This document shows, piece by piece, positions 48,991 through 61,472 of a stretch of DNA of 64,000 bases (positions within the stretch are counted from its first letter, which is position 1; each line of letters opens with the position of its first letter). A model generated the notes under the pieces. The model did not search any database. It saw only the letters and a list, made by a program, of their open reading frames with translations, and had not been told where the DNA came from. A program made the translations under genes and the position numbers. Source of the stretch: Massalongia carnosa (taxonomy: Eukaryota); NCBI GenBank assembly GCA_965645245.1, contig OZ287072.1, positions 2,604,001 to 2,668,000 of the forward strand. The letters run 5' to 3'.

Positions 48991-49639
48991 TAGCAACAGT
49001 CTCTGCAGTGGAAGAATCCTCATAAGAATCTTTCTAGGAGAGATAAAGATGATCAGGTAGTAGTAGAGTGAGTATTTGAGAAAGAGAGGAGGATCAACGG
49101 TGTTAGGGTGTTAAAACGTGTCACAAGATGTCGAGGAATTATCTAAGTCGTCGCGACGAGAGGCCCAAAACCGCTACTCTTTCTCAAGGCTCGCTATTGG
49201 TTTCTTAGGTGTCTCTCGAGTTCATTCTCCCAGGAGGCCTAATACAGACTTATGTATCTAGGGATAAATCTGATTGTCGATGAGGTTGAGATTTCTGTTT
49301 TACGACAGCTTTAGATATATTGGGGATAAATGTACTGGCCCAAGAATGCGGATAAAATGGCAGAGGAGCATGGTAGTAGACATTGATTTCTACGAGAAAA
49401 GGCGAATTTATTACAAAAAGATAGAAAAAACCAACTAACGCTCCATCTATTGTAGATGACTTTCCTATCGCACCTCATTATAGACATCTTCTTGCTTATT
49501 TGCGTGCCTATTTGCAACATTATTCCGCAGTGAATCTACTCGATTTTGCTTGGCGTACCTTCAGAAAACCGAGAGGGAATGGCAGCGTCGTCATAGTATT
49601 TGTAATGAAATATTTTAAAAAAGGTACAAAATTTCGCAT

Positions 49640-49990
49640 AAAAGGTTGCTCTCTGGTAACATATTGAAATATCTGAGAAATTGTTCACTGGACACTCTTG
49701 ATCCTCCTGTCAAAGAAAATGAACTCACTTTCATCAAACACTGTCGATTCGTCAAAGTTACGCTTTCCCCAAATGGCATTATAACCACTGGTTGGCTCTG
49801 GAGATGTGATGTAGAGATCGACACGACTGCACTCACCTTTCGAGTTCCATTCACGCCAGATCAGAAATCTTCGTCGTGACTTGCGCTTTTGTCAGAGATC
49901 ACGGCTACGGCAACTCGCTTTGAAACTGAAATCACAGGGCTATGAGGTCCTTGTCAACAAGATATATGGGTATCTGCATGAGGATGCGCA
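49640..49990 (+). pseudogene. Gene fragment, possibly from a HET-domain protein C-terminal region
   Basis: NELTFIKHCRFVKVTLSPNGIITTGWLW; assignment from memory only. Confidence 0.3.
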
Positions 49991-50262
49991 GAACAAGGAA
50001 GCTATTGAGCCATAATCCGCTTGTAGCGTACTCATATGAGGCTTTGCATGTGTCGTGGAATAGTCAAGGAGCATTCTCGCCTCAAAGTCCACATAATTTG
50101 ATAGAGCACAGTCCGTAGCAATCTCGGAAGAAGGCGGTGGAAGGGAAGAGGGTTCAGAATATTCCTCCTGGTTCGCAGTGTTTGTCTAATGAGGCAGCAC
50201 ATTCGTTTCAATACTTGCCTCCCATGTACAGAAGAGGGAGTTTATCGAAGCTCCAGGATGAG

Positions 50263-51060
50263 TTATACTCGAAAAGCCATTGAGCTATAAAGTGGCTGTT
50301 GATCAGAGAACGAATGATTCAGTTGCGACTGATCATCGCGTATGATTGGCTCCAAAGTAACTGTTTGTTCAAACAATCGGGATGACTTCCCATCGTTCAA
50401 GTTGGCCCCTACCTGGGGTACCGCGTTGTAATCGATAGCTGCATCCCATCTGCAGAATAAAGAATCGGTCATGTCACGCCTCGTCTGACCCCCACCTGTA
50501 AGAAACACAGAAGAGTCGTCAGGTTGTTGAAGGGATTGCTTCCCAACTAGTGTCATACTACTGCTCGAGTTTAATAAATCACTTAAACCCCACGATCCGA
50601 AGACGTGTCTGAGGTTATTCTAGGGCACAGTATCGTACGGCTCGCTGGGCTGAAGCCACATATCGGGCATAAAGCTTTCGTGACATCTTGTATACGCTGT
50701 AGACTCTTCTTCATATGATGGGGTTGGACAGGTTGTAGGCTCTAATGGTGGGATAATATCATCCTGGGGCTCGCAAAGAGTTTGTTTTGAGTGGATTGAG
50801 ACTATGTTGGCCTTTCTCCTATGAGCTCTGCGGACATGCTGGTCTAAAAGACGCCTTTGGTTAACAGTCTTTGGACATAGTAGGCAACGGAAGACTTTCT
50901 CGGAATCTTAAAAACCCCCATGAGCATGGCTAATAATGATTAGATTTCTTTCGATGTACGTACGCGAATCTTCATGCCTTTTCCACGTTGACTTTCGAAG
51001 GAATCGTTTCCCACAGACTCTACAATAAGATGCTCCTAACGCTGCCGAAGAGAAGTTGAT
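50263..51060 (-). pseudogene. C2H2 zinc-finger transcription factor relic
   Basis: YCRVCGKRFLRKSTWKRHEDS|H joined across a GTACGT..AAG intron (about 50963-50907) to SEKVFRCLLCPKTVNQRRLLDQHVRRAH; in-frame TAG at 50620-22, then continues into ORF 50263-50556. Confidence 0.7.
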
Positions 51061-51329
51061 GGTCAGATAAGCTCTATGGATATCGCTCTTAGCACAAAAT
51101 CGCGAAGATGTTCTCTCAGAGAGTCTTGCATTGACTACCAGAATATGTTCGAGAACATGAAGATACTGGACAATTCTCTCGATCGGATTTCGACATGCTG
51201 AAGGGAGTATGTAAAACTGTGGATGTAACAAACACGGAGGATGCTCTTGGTTGGAGCGGTGCGATGATTAGTCAGCGGCCCAACTCAGCCATGATTCTCT
51301 AGTATCCAATTATCATCACCCAATTTGGA

Positions 51330-52002
51330 ACAAGCCACTGGTTATCCAGCGTGCCGTGTTGTCATCGCTTATCAGACTACCCCGAGAGAACATCAGATTT
51401 CTTGACATCACAATGCTGGCCAGCGAATACGGTTGCAAGTTCCTTTTAATCATCCAGAGTACACAAAGTTCTCTAAGGAGCGACCATTTCTTGGGCAAAG
51501 CTTTGATCTCGTATTTTGCGACGGGCAAGTACTTCGGACTCATAGGAGACCTGAGTACCGTGAAAAGTACGAGGCGCTTCGTCTCACTGTTGCACAACTG
51601 GTCTTTGCACTACAGCGTCTTCGTCAAGGTGGAACCTTGATCATGCTCCTTCACAGATTGGAGGCTTGGGATACGACAAAGCTATTATATGATTTTAGCT
51701 TCTCTTCAATTCAACTCTTCAAGCCAGAGAAGAAGCATGCTATAAGATCCTCCTTCTACCTGGTGGCGAAAAATGTCCAGCCGGATTGTGATGCTGCTAA
51801 GAACGCCGTCGATGAGTGGAAGCAAGCTTGGTGTCGTGCGACACAGGCGGGGCCCAATGGTACTGGTGAGCCGAAGGTCTTGCCAGAGAAAGCTCTCGTT
51901 CAAGAGGTGCTCGACAAGTTCGGCCATGATCTGCTTGATCTGGGACGCCCAGTGTGGAATATTCAGGCAAATGCATTAAGCACAAAAGATTTCACCAAGT
52001 GA
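51330..52002 (+). pseudogene. FtsJ-like methyltransferase, C-terminal half only
   Basis: RFLDITML (frameshifted), FDLVFCDGQVLRTH, GGTLIMLLH, LFKP..HAIRSSFYLVA; no N-terminal SAM-binding motif seen. Confidence 0.65.
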
Positions 52003-52189
52003 TCAGGGATATGCACTTATTGATCAATTATCCTATTTTCTCCGCCACTAGTTTGTACTGCAAAGTGCCTTCAAGCCTGAGCTAGCTGGATTTCATAACT
52101 ACCTCTTTCAGTGAATATCTTAAACTTATCCCAATGCCTGGGGGGAAGGGGCTTCCCCCACAGAGATATGCCCAACTCACCGGTCATAG

Positions 52190-52303
52190 GCGTGCGACAC
52201 ATGCAGGAATCGGAAGGCAAAGTGTGACGAGGGCAAGCCCACATGCAACTACTGTAAGGAGAACAACCAGCCGTGCGTGTACAAGGAGGTGCAGCCTGCG
52301 GAA
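52190..52303 (+). pseudogene. Isolated Zn2Cys6 binuclear-cluster exon
   Basis: After a CATAG acceptor: ACDTCRNRKAKCDEGKPTCNYCKENNQPCVY (Cx2Cx6Cx6Cx2Cx6C); rest of gene not evident; not in ORF track. Confidence 0.75.
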
Positions 52304-53715
52304 GCCGTCATTGCCAAGAGGAAGTAGATTGGAATATAGATAGCGAAGCTCGGGAACTAGAAACTTTTTTTTGGTTCCCTTACTTGCCTTTTCAAATCGC
52401 GGAGAGTGGAAAATGTGAAGGAGCGCGAGCGATGGGGAATGAGGGGGAAACGCCAGAGACCCCGATACCAGATGCGCTAAAGATAGAAACGAGAGGGTGG
52501 GCAGCAGAAAGTGGACGCACAAAGAGCAAAACTGATTGTTTGTTTTAGATACGGCAGGGTTCCTACTTTATTTCTGCCTTTCTGCTTCACGTGGTTCCTT
52601 TGGAAGAGAAGCTGGAAGAACGGTTGTGGTAATATCATGCTCAACTCTTTAGTCCTCTCTTTAGCTTCGTTCTTATAGTCGTAGTGTGGCCGAGCTTCGA
52701 AGACACGTCATCACTGCTTGGTCGAATTGGAGGAGCACTCCGCGTTCAAGTTGGCAAGTTGTGTTTAATAGAATACTCCAGAAATTGACACTATTCTTAA
52801 CGGCAAATTACTGAGATGACCCCCAAATAACCCCCCCATCTTGCCTGGGGGTTATTTGGGGGTCAATTACCGTATTATACTCGGCTACCCGATAAAAGCC
52901 TTGCTACTCCAAGAAAGAAGACATGATTACGGCGATAAAAACGAGCGACTAGATATCTGTAGCCCGATGATCGTGCGATATCGGGGGGTCAATCATAGGT
53001 GAAGTGACTTAACCTACCAATTACAGCTCTATAACTTTCTACTTTAAGTGCTATAGGTCAATGAAAATCCATAGAATGCTTAAACAAGGCATTTGGACTA
53101 CGTGGCACTCGGGCTATCTAGCATTAACTCGAGACTTATTTGTGCATATCTTCGTCCATCATTTCTGCATACTTATGTCTCGTTCAATCTCACTATGGTC
53201 GAATCATCAACAATGTCGCTTTATGTCGGTCAAGAGTGGGACGATAAATATGAGACAAGACAGGCGATCACTATTTGGCTTGCAAGCAAGGGCGAGTCAT
53301 GACGTGTTGAGAAGGCCGAGAAGAATAGATATCTAGTTAAGTGCGATCATTGTGACTTTCGAATCAGAGCCAGCTTGTCCAACAAAACTGAGAGATGTAA
53401 TACTTAAATGTATAAGAGCTAAGACAAAGAAATACTGACATTAGATCAGGGAAACTCACTAAAATGATCCCTCATACATGTGCCATATCAAACCACTCCG
53501 GCCATTCAGGTAGCAATGCTGTTCAATATTTAGCCACCAACGAGACAAATCAAGCGCTTGTGCAATCTGATCATCGGGTTAAATCAAGGCATTAAATGAC
53601 CGTCGAGACCTCCAGTCGAGGAAACAACACAAACTATATGACGATGTGACGCACAAAAGAGTTTCTCAAGATTAAGCGGTTTGGCAATAAGCTTTCAATA
53701 TAGGGTACTGATATA

Positions 53716-55053
53716 CAGTCCCGTGTCAAAAGTTTCCGACTCTACCCGCGATTTTCGTGATTTCGCGTTTTAACCTACCAACCCATCAACTTTGACCTCA
53801 TCATTTCACCATGCCACGCACTCCGTTGACTTCAATTTCTGGTAATAAGCCTCGTAATACCGAATTGAATCAATGTCAAAGAGGTATGATTATTGGAGCC
53901 CAGGCGTTGGGGCATGCACGGGCCGAAATTGCAAAGACATTAAATGTGCCTCGAACCACCGTCATTTACACTCTTCAAAAGCACCCAGAACGCAACAACG
54001 AAAAGTCCAAATCGCGATCGGGTCGGCCTGGAATACTTTCGAACCGCGATCGAAGACGTATTATCAAACTTGCGCGAATCAATCCACGCATCACCTACGC
54101 GCAGCTGCGTACGGAGGTTGAGGTGCAATGTAGTCGATCCACTCTCTATCGGACGCTCAAAGACTATGGTCTAACAAACTGGCTGGCTAAAAAGCGACCT
54201 TTATTGACGCCCGAGGTGGCAAAGAAGAGACTGGACTGGTGCTTGCTTCGGCGTGAGTGGAATTTTGAGCAGTGGTCAAAAATAATATGGTCAGACGAGT
54301 GCTCGGTGGAAAAGGGGTCGGGAAAACAGCGTCAATGGGTGTTCAGGTTTCCGGACGAAAAATGGAAAAAACCTATGATACAACCGTACGGCAAAGGAAA
54401 AGAGGTTAAGGTCATGGTATGGGGGGCTTTTTGGGGGGGGGGGAGGTCGGATCTTTACAAATTGGCCCGCGATTTCGAGGCAAAGAAGATGGGGTACTCC
54501 GCGAATTCATATTTGGAATTATTGAACGATAATCTGCTTGGAATTTGGGAACCAGGTCTCATTTTCATGCAGGATAATGCCCCCATTCACACTGCCAAAA
54601 AGGTGAAGAAATGGTTCGATGAAAACGGTATAACAGTCATCGATTGGCCCCCTTATTCTCCTGATTTGAATCCCATCGAGCACGTTTGGTACGTGCTCAA
54701 AAAGCTCGTCTACCAGGTCAATCCGGACATCGACTCGGTGACTGGTGGTGATGATAGGGTCCGCGAGGTACTTTGGAAAGCTTTGGAAGAAGCATGGGCC
54801 TTGATAGATGAGGAAATGCTGAAGAGTTTAGTAGACAGCATGGAAAGGAGGATTGAAGCTTGCATCCAGTCAAAAGGATGGTATACGAAATATTAAAAAT
54901 ATATTTCTCAGCCCAATGTACTTGCTATAATGTATGTAATCATCGTACGAAGTTTCAAGACATCAAAATAACAACTTGATAGTTGATAATTCAAAGCAGT
55001 GGGGGGGTAAAAAGTTGATGGTGGGGCTGTCGGAAACTTTTGACCTAGTACTG
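53716..55053 (+). mobile_element. Tc1 element (1338 bp), apparently intact, inserted 13 bp inside the MULE left TIR
   Basis: TA flanks (53714-15, 55054-55); TIRs CAGTCCCGTGTCAAAAGTTTCCGAC / revcomp CAGTACTAGGTCAAAAGTTTCCGAC. Confidence 0.93.
53811..54896 (+). CDS. Tc1 DD34E transposase, 361 aa
   Basis: HTH region with RSGRP, IWSDE, MQDNAPIH, WPPYSPDLNPIE, C-terminal GWYTKY. Confidence 0.95.
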   Translation: MPRTPLTSISGNKPRNTELNQCQRGMIIGAQALGHARAEIAKTLNVPRTTVIYTLQKHPERNNEKSKSRSGRPGILSNRDRRRIIKLARINPRITYAQLRTEVEVQCSRSTLYRTLKDYGLTNWLAKKRPLLTPEVAKKRLDWCLLRREWNFEQWSKIIWSDECSVEKGSGKQRQWVFRFPDEKWKKPMIQPYGKGKEVKVMVWGAFWGGGRSDLYKLARDFEAKKMGYSANSYLELLNDNLLGIWEPGLIFMQDNAPIHTAKKVKKWFDENGITVIDWPPYSPDLNPIEHVWYVLKKLVYQVNPDIDSVTGGDDRVREVLWKALEEAWALIDEEMLKSLVDSMERRIEACIQSKGWYTKY

Positions 55054-58000
55054 TATGGACACCCCATCCGCTACCTAGCCACACCCTCTCCGGCTACCTA
55101 GACACACCCCTTCCGGCTATCTAGACACCCCACACAAAAAAATACTAGGGGTAGGGCTGGACCCCTCCCTAAACCTCATTAGGAAGCCATCTTCCTCGAT
55201 CAGGATAAGTGACGTAAATTCTTCATTTTCTCATCTCAATTTTCAGTTTCCTGATCCTACATTCTGGATCAATCATGCCTCTATTACCTCCCGCCGACGG
55301 GCAGTCTTTCGAAACTCTAGAAGACTGTCTATTCTGCCTGAATCGACATGCCGCCCCTGAGGGATACACCGTTGTCCTGCATCGTACCAAGAAATCAAAG
55401 CTGGGAATTCGTCGAAAAGCGTGGATCATCTGCGATCGAGGTCGCAAGGCCAGACCGCAAGGCGAAGAACGACGTCACAGTAGCAGTAGACGAATTGAGT
55501 GTCCCTTTTCCTGCATCGCTACCTTCGTGAACGACGTCGCCTGGCATTTGGAAGTAGTCAAACCGGAACATAATCATGAAGCTAGCTTGAGTGGAGCACA
55601 TCCCGCGCATCGAAGAATCGCCTTGATCGAGCATAAGGAGGAGATTTCTCGTCAATTGACTGTACATACAAACCAAACCGGCCAACGTGCTGTCGAGTCT
55701 TCGTATTGGAGCTCCGACTCCGAATTCGGTCAGATGGGATGAGAATGGCAATCCTGAAGTCGTCAATCCGATGTTTAGCAGTCGAGACATCTACAACTTA
55801 CGAGCTCAATTGCGACGAAATGCTTTGGGCTCATTGACTCCGATACAGAGTCTGATTCAGGAGTTTGACAAGGGCGACTGGGTATACGAGTTGCAGATAA
55901 ATGATGAGAATCAGGTGAGTTTGACAAGGACAGGATAACTGAAGTTGCAGACTAATGATGAGAACCAATCAGATCGTCAATCTTTTTTTCAGTAAATGCA
56001 GTACTCAGACTCTTTTGAAGGCAAATCCGGAAGTTTGAGTAATGGATTGCATCTACAAAACTAACAGATTCAAAATGCCTTTGTTGATCATCGGCGGACA
56101 GACCGCATTCCATACTACGTTCTATGTCGCCTTCTGCTTCATGCATGAGGAGACAAATAAGCCTTACATCTGGGCCATGACTCGTTTGAAAGTCTTGTAC
56201 TCGCAGCTAGAACTTCCTTCTCCAACGACGACAGTCACCGACATGGATAGAGGTTTGATGTCGGCAATTGAGCTGATTTTTCCATCTACCAGTCATTTAT
56301 TGTGTATCTGGCACATCAATAAGAATGTCCTAGCTCATTGCAAGAAATCATTCAGTACTGAGGCATGGGAAGTCTTTTACGGACGATGGAAATCACTTAT
56401 TAAGGCTGATTCCGAGCCGAATTTTGAAGAGATGTGGGGATAGTTTCGAATCACATACAATCGTACATATGCTGATTTGGTAAAGTATCTTAATGCCACC
56501 TACATTTCTTTTCGTCAGAGATTTGTAAAGTGCTGGACTGACCGAGTGAGGCATTTCGAGACAACGACTACTTCACGAGGTGAGGGCGGACATGCTGTAC
56601 TGAAAAGGCAGCTGGGAACCCCCAATGGTGACTTAAAAGCAGTCGTAGATGGCGTCGCCTTGCTACTAACCAATGAGCTTCATAATCACCTCATCGCCAT
56701 CAATTCGGCTAAGGATCGCTATCCTACCGACTTGCGCAAACCGATTTTCCAACGTTTGGCGAGTCCAGCCCTACCCCTAGAATTTTTTTGTGTGGGGTGT
56801 CTAGATAGCCGGAAGGGGTGTGTCTAGGTAGCTGGAGAGGGTGTGTCTAGGTAGCGGATGGGGTGTCCATATATCAGTACCCTCAATATATACCTGCATT
56901 CTTGTCAGCATGCGAAGAACAAAACAATACACGAACAGCATGAACAAATCTGGAGCTAGATGAGAACGGTTGTTTCAAACGATGTTCTTTTCGTCATTGT
57001 CGTTCGGTGCTTCAGTGTGATGGTACCGCTTGCAAGACATCGGACGGGCTTGTGATCTTGTCTCTTGTTACTCAAGACGGTAACAACCAGGTATTGGAAC
57101 TGGCGTGGGCATTGGTCCCAATCGAGAACAAAGATAACTGGATCTATTTTTTACGGGCAATGGCATTATATATTCGATTTCGCTCGGGACGACAAGCGGT
57201 GATTATTAGTGATCGCAACAAAGGTATCAAACATGCAGTATCTGATCATTTCCCTGTCGCTTTAAGTGCTCATTGTTGCAAACATCTCGGAGATAATGTC
57301 GATAAAAAATGGAAGAAGACATATCGGAATCTTTTCTGGGATGCGGCCAAAGCTAAAACACAGGCAAAATTCAACACTATACTCAACAGAATTAGAGCGA
57401 CGAGACCTAATTGCGCGGGCTATATTGAAGACATACCTTCAGAGCAGTGGGCTGTATATGCTTTTCCTCGTCCTCGATATGGTCAATTATGTTCTAATGC
57501 TCAAGAGTCGCAAAATAATATTTGGCTGGAGGCACGTCATATGCCAGCATTGCTTTGTCTCCATCAGATTTGGAAATAATGCATGGACAAACTTTATGAA
57601 CTGCACAAGCTTGAACACAAGACAGATAGAGTCACTGATTATGCCTGGAGATGGATTCAAGATGGACGGAAACAATCGGCCGAGTATACTGTTCAAAATT
57701 CTCGTCCTTTCTGCGGTATCATCACTACTAGTACTAGAAGTCATCACATCGTGGATCTAGAAGTCAAGACGTGTACTTGTCATGATTTTCAGGATTATGA
57801 TCATGCCGTTGCGTTGTGTATGAAGCAAGAAAGAGAATCAGAGGATTTTGTCAGTCCCATCTTTACAATCGCTGAGTACAAGGCAACATAACAGTCATTT
57901 TTACAATCTATTGATCTCAATGTTCTCGCAGCGGCCGATGTGAAACCACCAGAATTTGTAGTCCAGGCTGGTCGCCCAAAATCAGACGTGAGAGAAGAAA

Positions 58001-58243
58001 ACGATTTATCAAGGCAGAGGATGAGATGCTCAATCTGCAAGAGTTTCAAGCATAACAGGAATCACTCGGGACCTTCCGCGAGTGACGTTTCTGCTAGTAC
58101 TGCAAGTAGTAGATCCAAAACTGCTTCTGTCTCTCAATCTAGTCACAACGAAGATGAAGTTGATAAAGAGAATGACAATGACTCTAATGACAATAATAGC
58201 GACAGCAATCATGACGGCGAGATTGTGATTTTCGGATGGTAAA

Positions 58244-59731
58244 ATGACTACACTCGAACAATCAAACGCGCTCTCGAGAGCGCACAGCGAAAGGAGGAAA
58301 GGTTTGCACGTAAAGATCAAGGAGTATCTTGATCGAGTGGGCACCGTTGGTGACCCGGAGGCGTTGCAGTTGCTGAGAAACTCAGCGGAAATTTTGCAAG
58401 TGCAAAATCTAGTCGATGACAAAGTTGCAGAAACTTCCAACAACATAGGTGACACATTACAGGCAATCCAACAATCATTGACACGCATAGAGTGCAATGA
58501 GACCACTCCTCGCAGCTATGCCGCTGCTGCCACAGGGCAAGGCCGAGATGAGCCCGCACCCCCAAAGAACCAAAACATCAAGCCTCAACAGGCCCGCAAA
58601 GACAAAGCACCCACACCAAGAGAAGCGCGACGTGCCCGGGAAATCACCGTTCACATCATGGAGGATGCGGACAAGGAAAAAATGAAGCTAATGCCAACCA
58701 AGGAGTTGGTAGAAACACTACAAAATGGAGCTGAAGGAATAAGGGGAGTGTCGCGTTTGTTAAACGGCGACATTAGGATTCACGCAGAGTCATTGGAAGC
58801 AAAGAAGATCCTGCAGGAGAAGACCGATTGGACCCGCATGGTGGCCGCCTCAGCTGCGGTGCACACCCGCACCTTCACCGTAAGAGCGAATGGAATCAGG
58901 GTGGAAAACATTAAAGTGGCCAATCAATCAAAAGCCATCACCTACCTTCAGGCCGCTAACGCACGCCTGCACCCTAACCTGAAGATTGTCAAAATAGCCT
59001 GGTCAATCAAGGCCATCAGAGAGAAAAAATCGTACTCGACGCTTCATATAGAGGTCGCCACCGCCGAGATGGCTAACCGGCTCATCACCGAGGGCCTAAT
59101 GGAAAGCTACGAAATAAAGGACTCCAAGCGCTTTACACGTGGTTGCACCATGACTCAATGCTTCAACTGCCAAAAATACGGACACATCGGTAGATCATGC
59201 CGCAATCCCGCCGCCTGTGGTCACTGCGCTGGTGGACATCAAAGCAAAGAATGCAATCTGGAGACAACGGGGCAATACCGCCGTTGCTTCGTATGCGGAG
59301 AGAAGGGACACAAAGCATGGTCCACAGCATGCAAAGTCTAAAAAGCTGAAAAGCGAAAAACTGAAATAGCAATGCAAAACCGCGCCCCCTTCTATGCAAT
59401 CGAATCACAACCGCCCTCATTTCAATTTCAACTTCAACGAGAATCGACACGCACAATCACACAAACGGACGAAATTCCGTCAACGTGGAAGATAGTAAAC
59501 GTCAAGAGAAGAAAAATACACAACGCTACGCCCTCATCCGGCACACCCCCGGGCCCTCATCGGGGAGACGACGCACCCACCTGGGCTAATATAGGCATCA
59601 TGAATCCTGAAAATATGGTAAAGGCCTTAGCAAAACCAGTGCTGGGTAGGCCTCGTGCAGATTCCGTAGCATTAACGGCAGGAACTCAGGTCACATCGAA
59701 CACAGCGGCCGAAACGATGGAAATCCTATGA
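58244..59731 (+). pseudogene. LINE ORF1 (Gag-like), premature stop at 59339-41
   Basis: SYAAAA motif; CFNCQKYGHIGRSC, CGHCAGGHQSKEC, CFVCGEKGHKAWSTAC; continues in ORF 59372-59731. Confidence 0.85.
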
Positions 59732-59931
59732 GGGACACAAAATCCCTCTCTATATTGCAGTTTAATGTCAGAAATGACAGAGCGAGTACTATGATACCCT
59801 TCTTAGCAGACACAAACACCCAGGACTATGATATTATTGCAATACAGGAAGCGTGGCGCAATCCATCCGCCCCCACATTGCTTAGTTCTCATCAAAGCGG
59901 CTTTCACCTCCTATACCGCCCAGGAGGTGAC

Positions 59932-60195
59932 TGTCATGGATCGATCCGGAAGGGACTAAGCCTAATCCGATTCAGTTAGGGCAACCGTAAGGGCCAATAG
60001 TGCCATGGTAGGGACTTGAAGGTAGAATTTGGATCAACATCCGAAATGGGACTAGTTCCACTCGTCTGTCTTATACTCGCCCACATTTGATTTTCTGTTT
60101 CTTTTCTCCTTGTCGAACGTCTTGTCGACTTAGCTAGACAATCAAGTAATACGTTTGCACCACCTGAATTACCAACTTGACCTCGCACCGTGACA
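59932..60195. mobile_element. 264-bp solo LTR
   Basis: TGTCATGG...CCGTGACA, 5-bp TSD GTGAC; removal restores RPGGD|TRVCFYV; end CGCACCGTGACA resembles the Gypsy LTR end CGCACCATGACA. Confidence 0.88.
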
Positions 60196-61472
60196 GTGAC
60201 ACCAGAGTGTGCTTTTATGTCAACGACCTAATAGACACTGACAGCTGGGAGGTGGAATTCACCTCGGCCGACATGTGCACTTTGAAAATAAAGACCTACA
60301 CCGAAGGCTTTATGGAAACAATTCACGTCCATAATGTGTATAACCCCTCTCCCGCCTCCTATTCATCCACTGACAGTCCCACGACCTTACCGGCGGCTCG
60401 GAGCATGCTTACCGCCAATGCGCATCACAAACTACTTGGAGATTTCAACCTGCATCATCCCTTTTGGAATGGTCCCTCAAGACCCACACAACACGCTGCT
60501 GCTGATTAATTACCAGAAATAATCGATGATCATAATCTTTCGTTGACACTGCCGAAAGGCACCGTAACATGGGAAGCAAGAAACACGTCTAGCACGATAG
60601 ATTTGGTTTTCATGTCAGAATATCTAGTCGAAAGTCTCGAACACTGCATGTCCAGACCAGAATTGAATCAATCGTCCGATCACGTGCCGATATCAACCTG
60701 CATCCTACTCGGAAGCGAGCCGCAACCGAAAATCAAACGTAGAGCATGGAAACTTCTAAACCTGGAAAAATTAAGGGAGGCCGAACAACACGCCCCTATA
60801 CCAGAGACTCCCCGTACCACTGCCGAGATTGATGCGTACATGGAATTGATTCAAAAATTTCTACAAAATGTCATCAACGAAGCAGTTCCATGGGCAAAAT
60901 CTAGCGAATATGCTAAGCCATTCTGGACAGAAGAATACAGCATTGCCACCAAAGCCACACGGAAACTACGCCGCATATGGTCCAGCACGTTAGAACTAAC
61001 GGACTGGTCTAACTATATGAAATCCAATGATAAAAAACAGAAAATCATTCAAAAGGCAAAGAGAACAAACTTTCGTCAAGAAATCAGTAAGACCACCGAA
61101 ACGCCTCAGGGACTATGGCGGCTAGCGAAATGGGCCAAAGGAAAAAGTCATCAATCTAGAGAAGTATCCAAAATGCCGATGCTAAAATTCAAGTAGCAGA
61201 CACGTTTGACCAAAAAGCCGAAATGCTGAAAGGTGTCTTCTTTCCCGCACCACCACCGGCCGACCTAAGCGACATAGAAGGATCCTTCTATCCTATATCG
61301 CCGCACTGCCCAATAATCATCACCAAGTCAGAAGTATCGACGGCCCTGAGTCGGCTCAAGTCCGATAAGGCACCGGGCCCAGACGGCATATCTAACAGAA
61401 TACTCAAAGCATGCAGCGAAAACTTGTCGAATTACTAACACCTCTGTTTCAGGCGTGCGTCACACACTCGTA

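Larger units (their letters stand above)
53703..56882 (+). mobile_element. Inner Mutator-like element with pseudogenised, C-terminally truncated FAR1/MULE transposase (55275-56760)
   Basis: TIRs GGGTACTGATATA|TGGACACCCCATCCGCTACCTAG..AAAAAA..CTAG / revcomp at about 56770-56882; 8-bp TSD TCAATATA (53695-702, 56883-890); CDRG, ECPF..HNH, MDCIYKTNRFKMPL, LCIWHI, TTSRGEGGH; stops and frameshifts. Confidence 0.9.
52800..58230 (+). mobile_element. Outer decayed Mutator-like element (MULE + SWIM + knuckle), split by an inner MULE and cut by a LINE
   Basis: MSLYVGQEWDDK.. at 53213; VLQCDGT..DGNNQVLELAWALV..ISDRNKGI..HCCKHL (57007-57579); CTCHDFQ (SWIM); CSICKSFKHNR. Termini uncertain. Confidence 0.75.
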
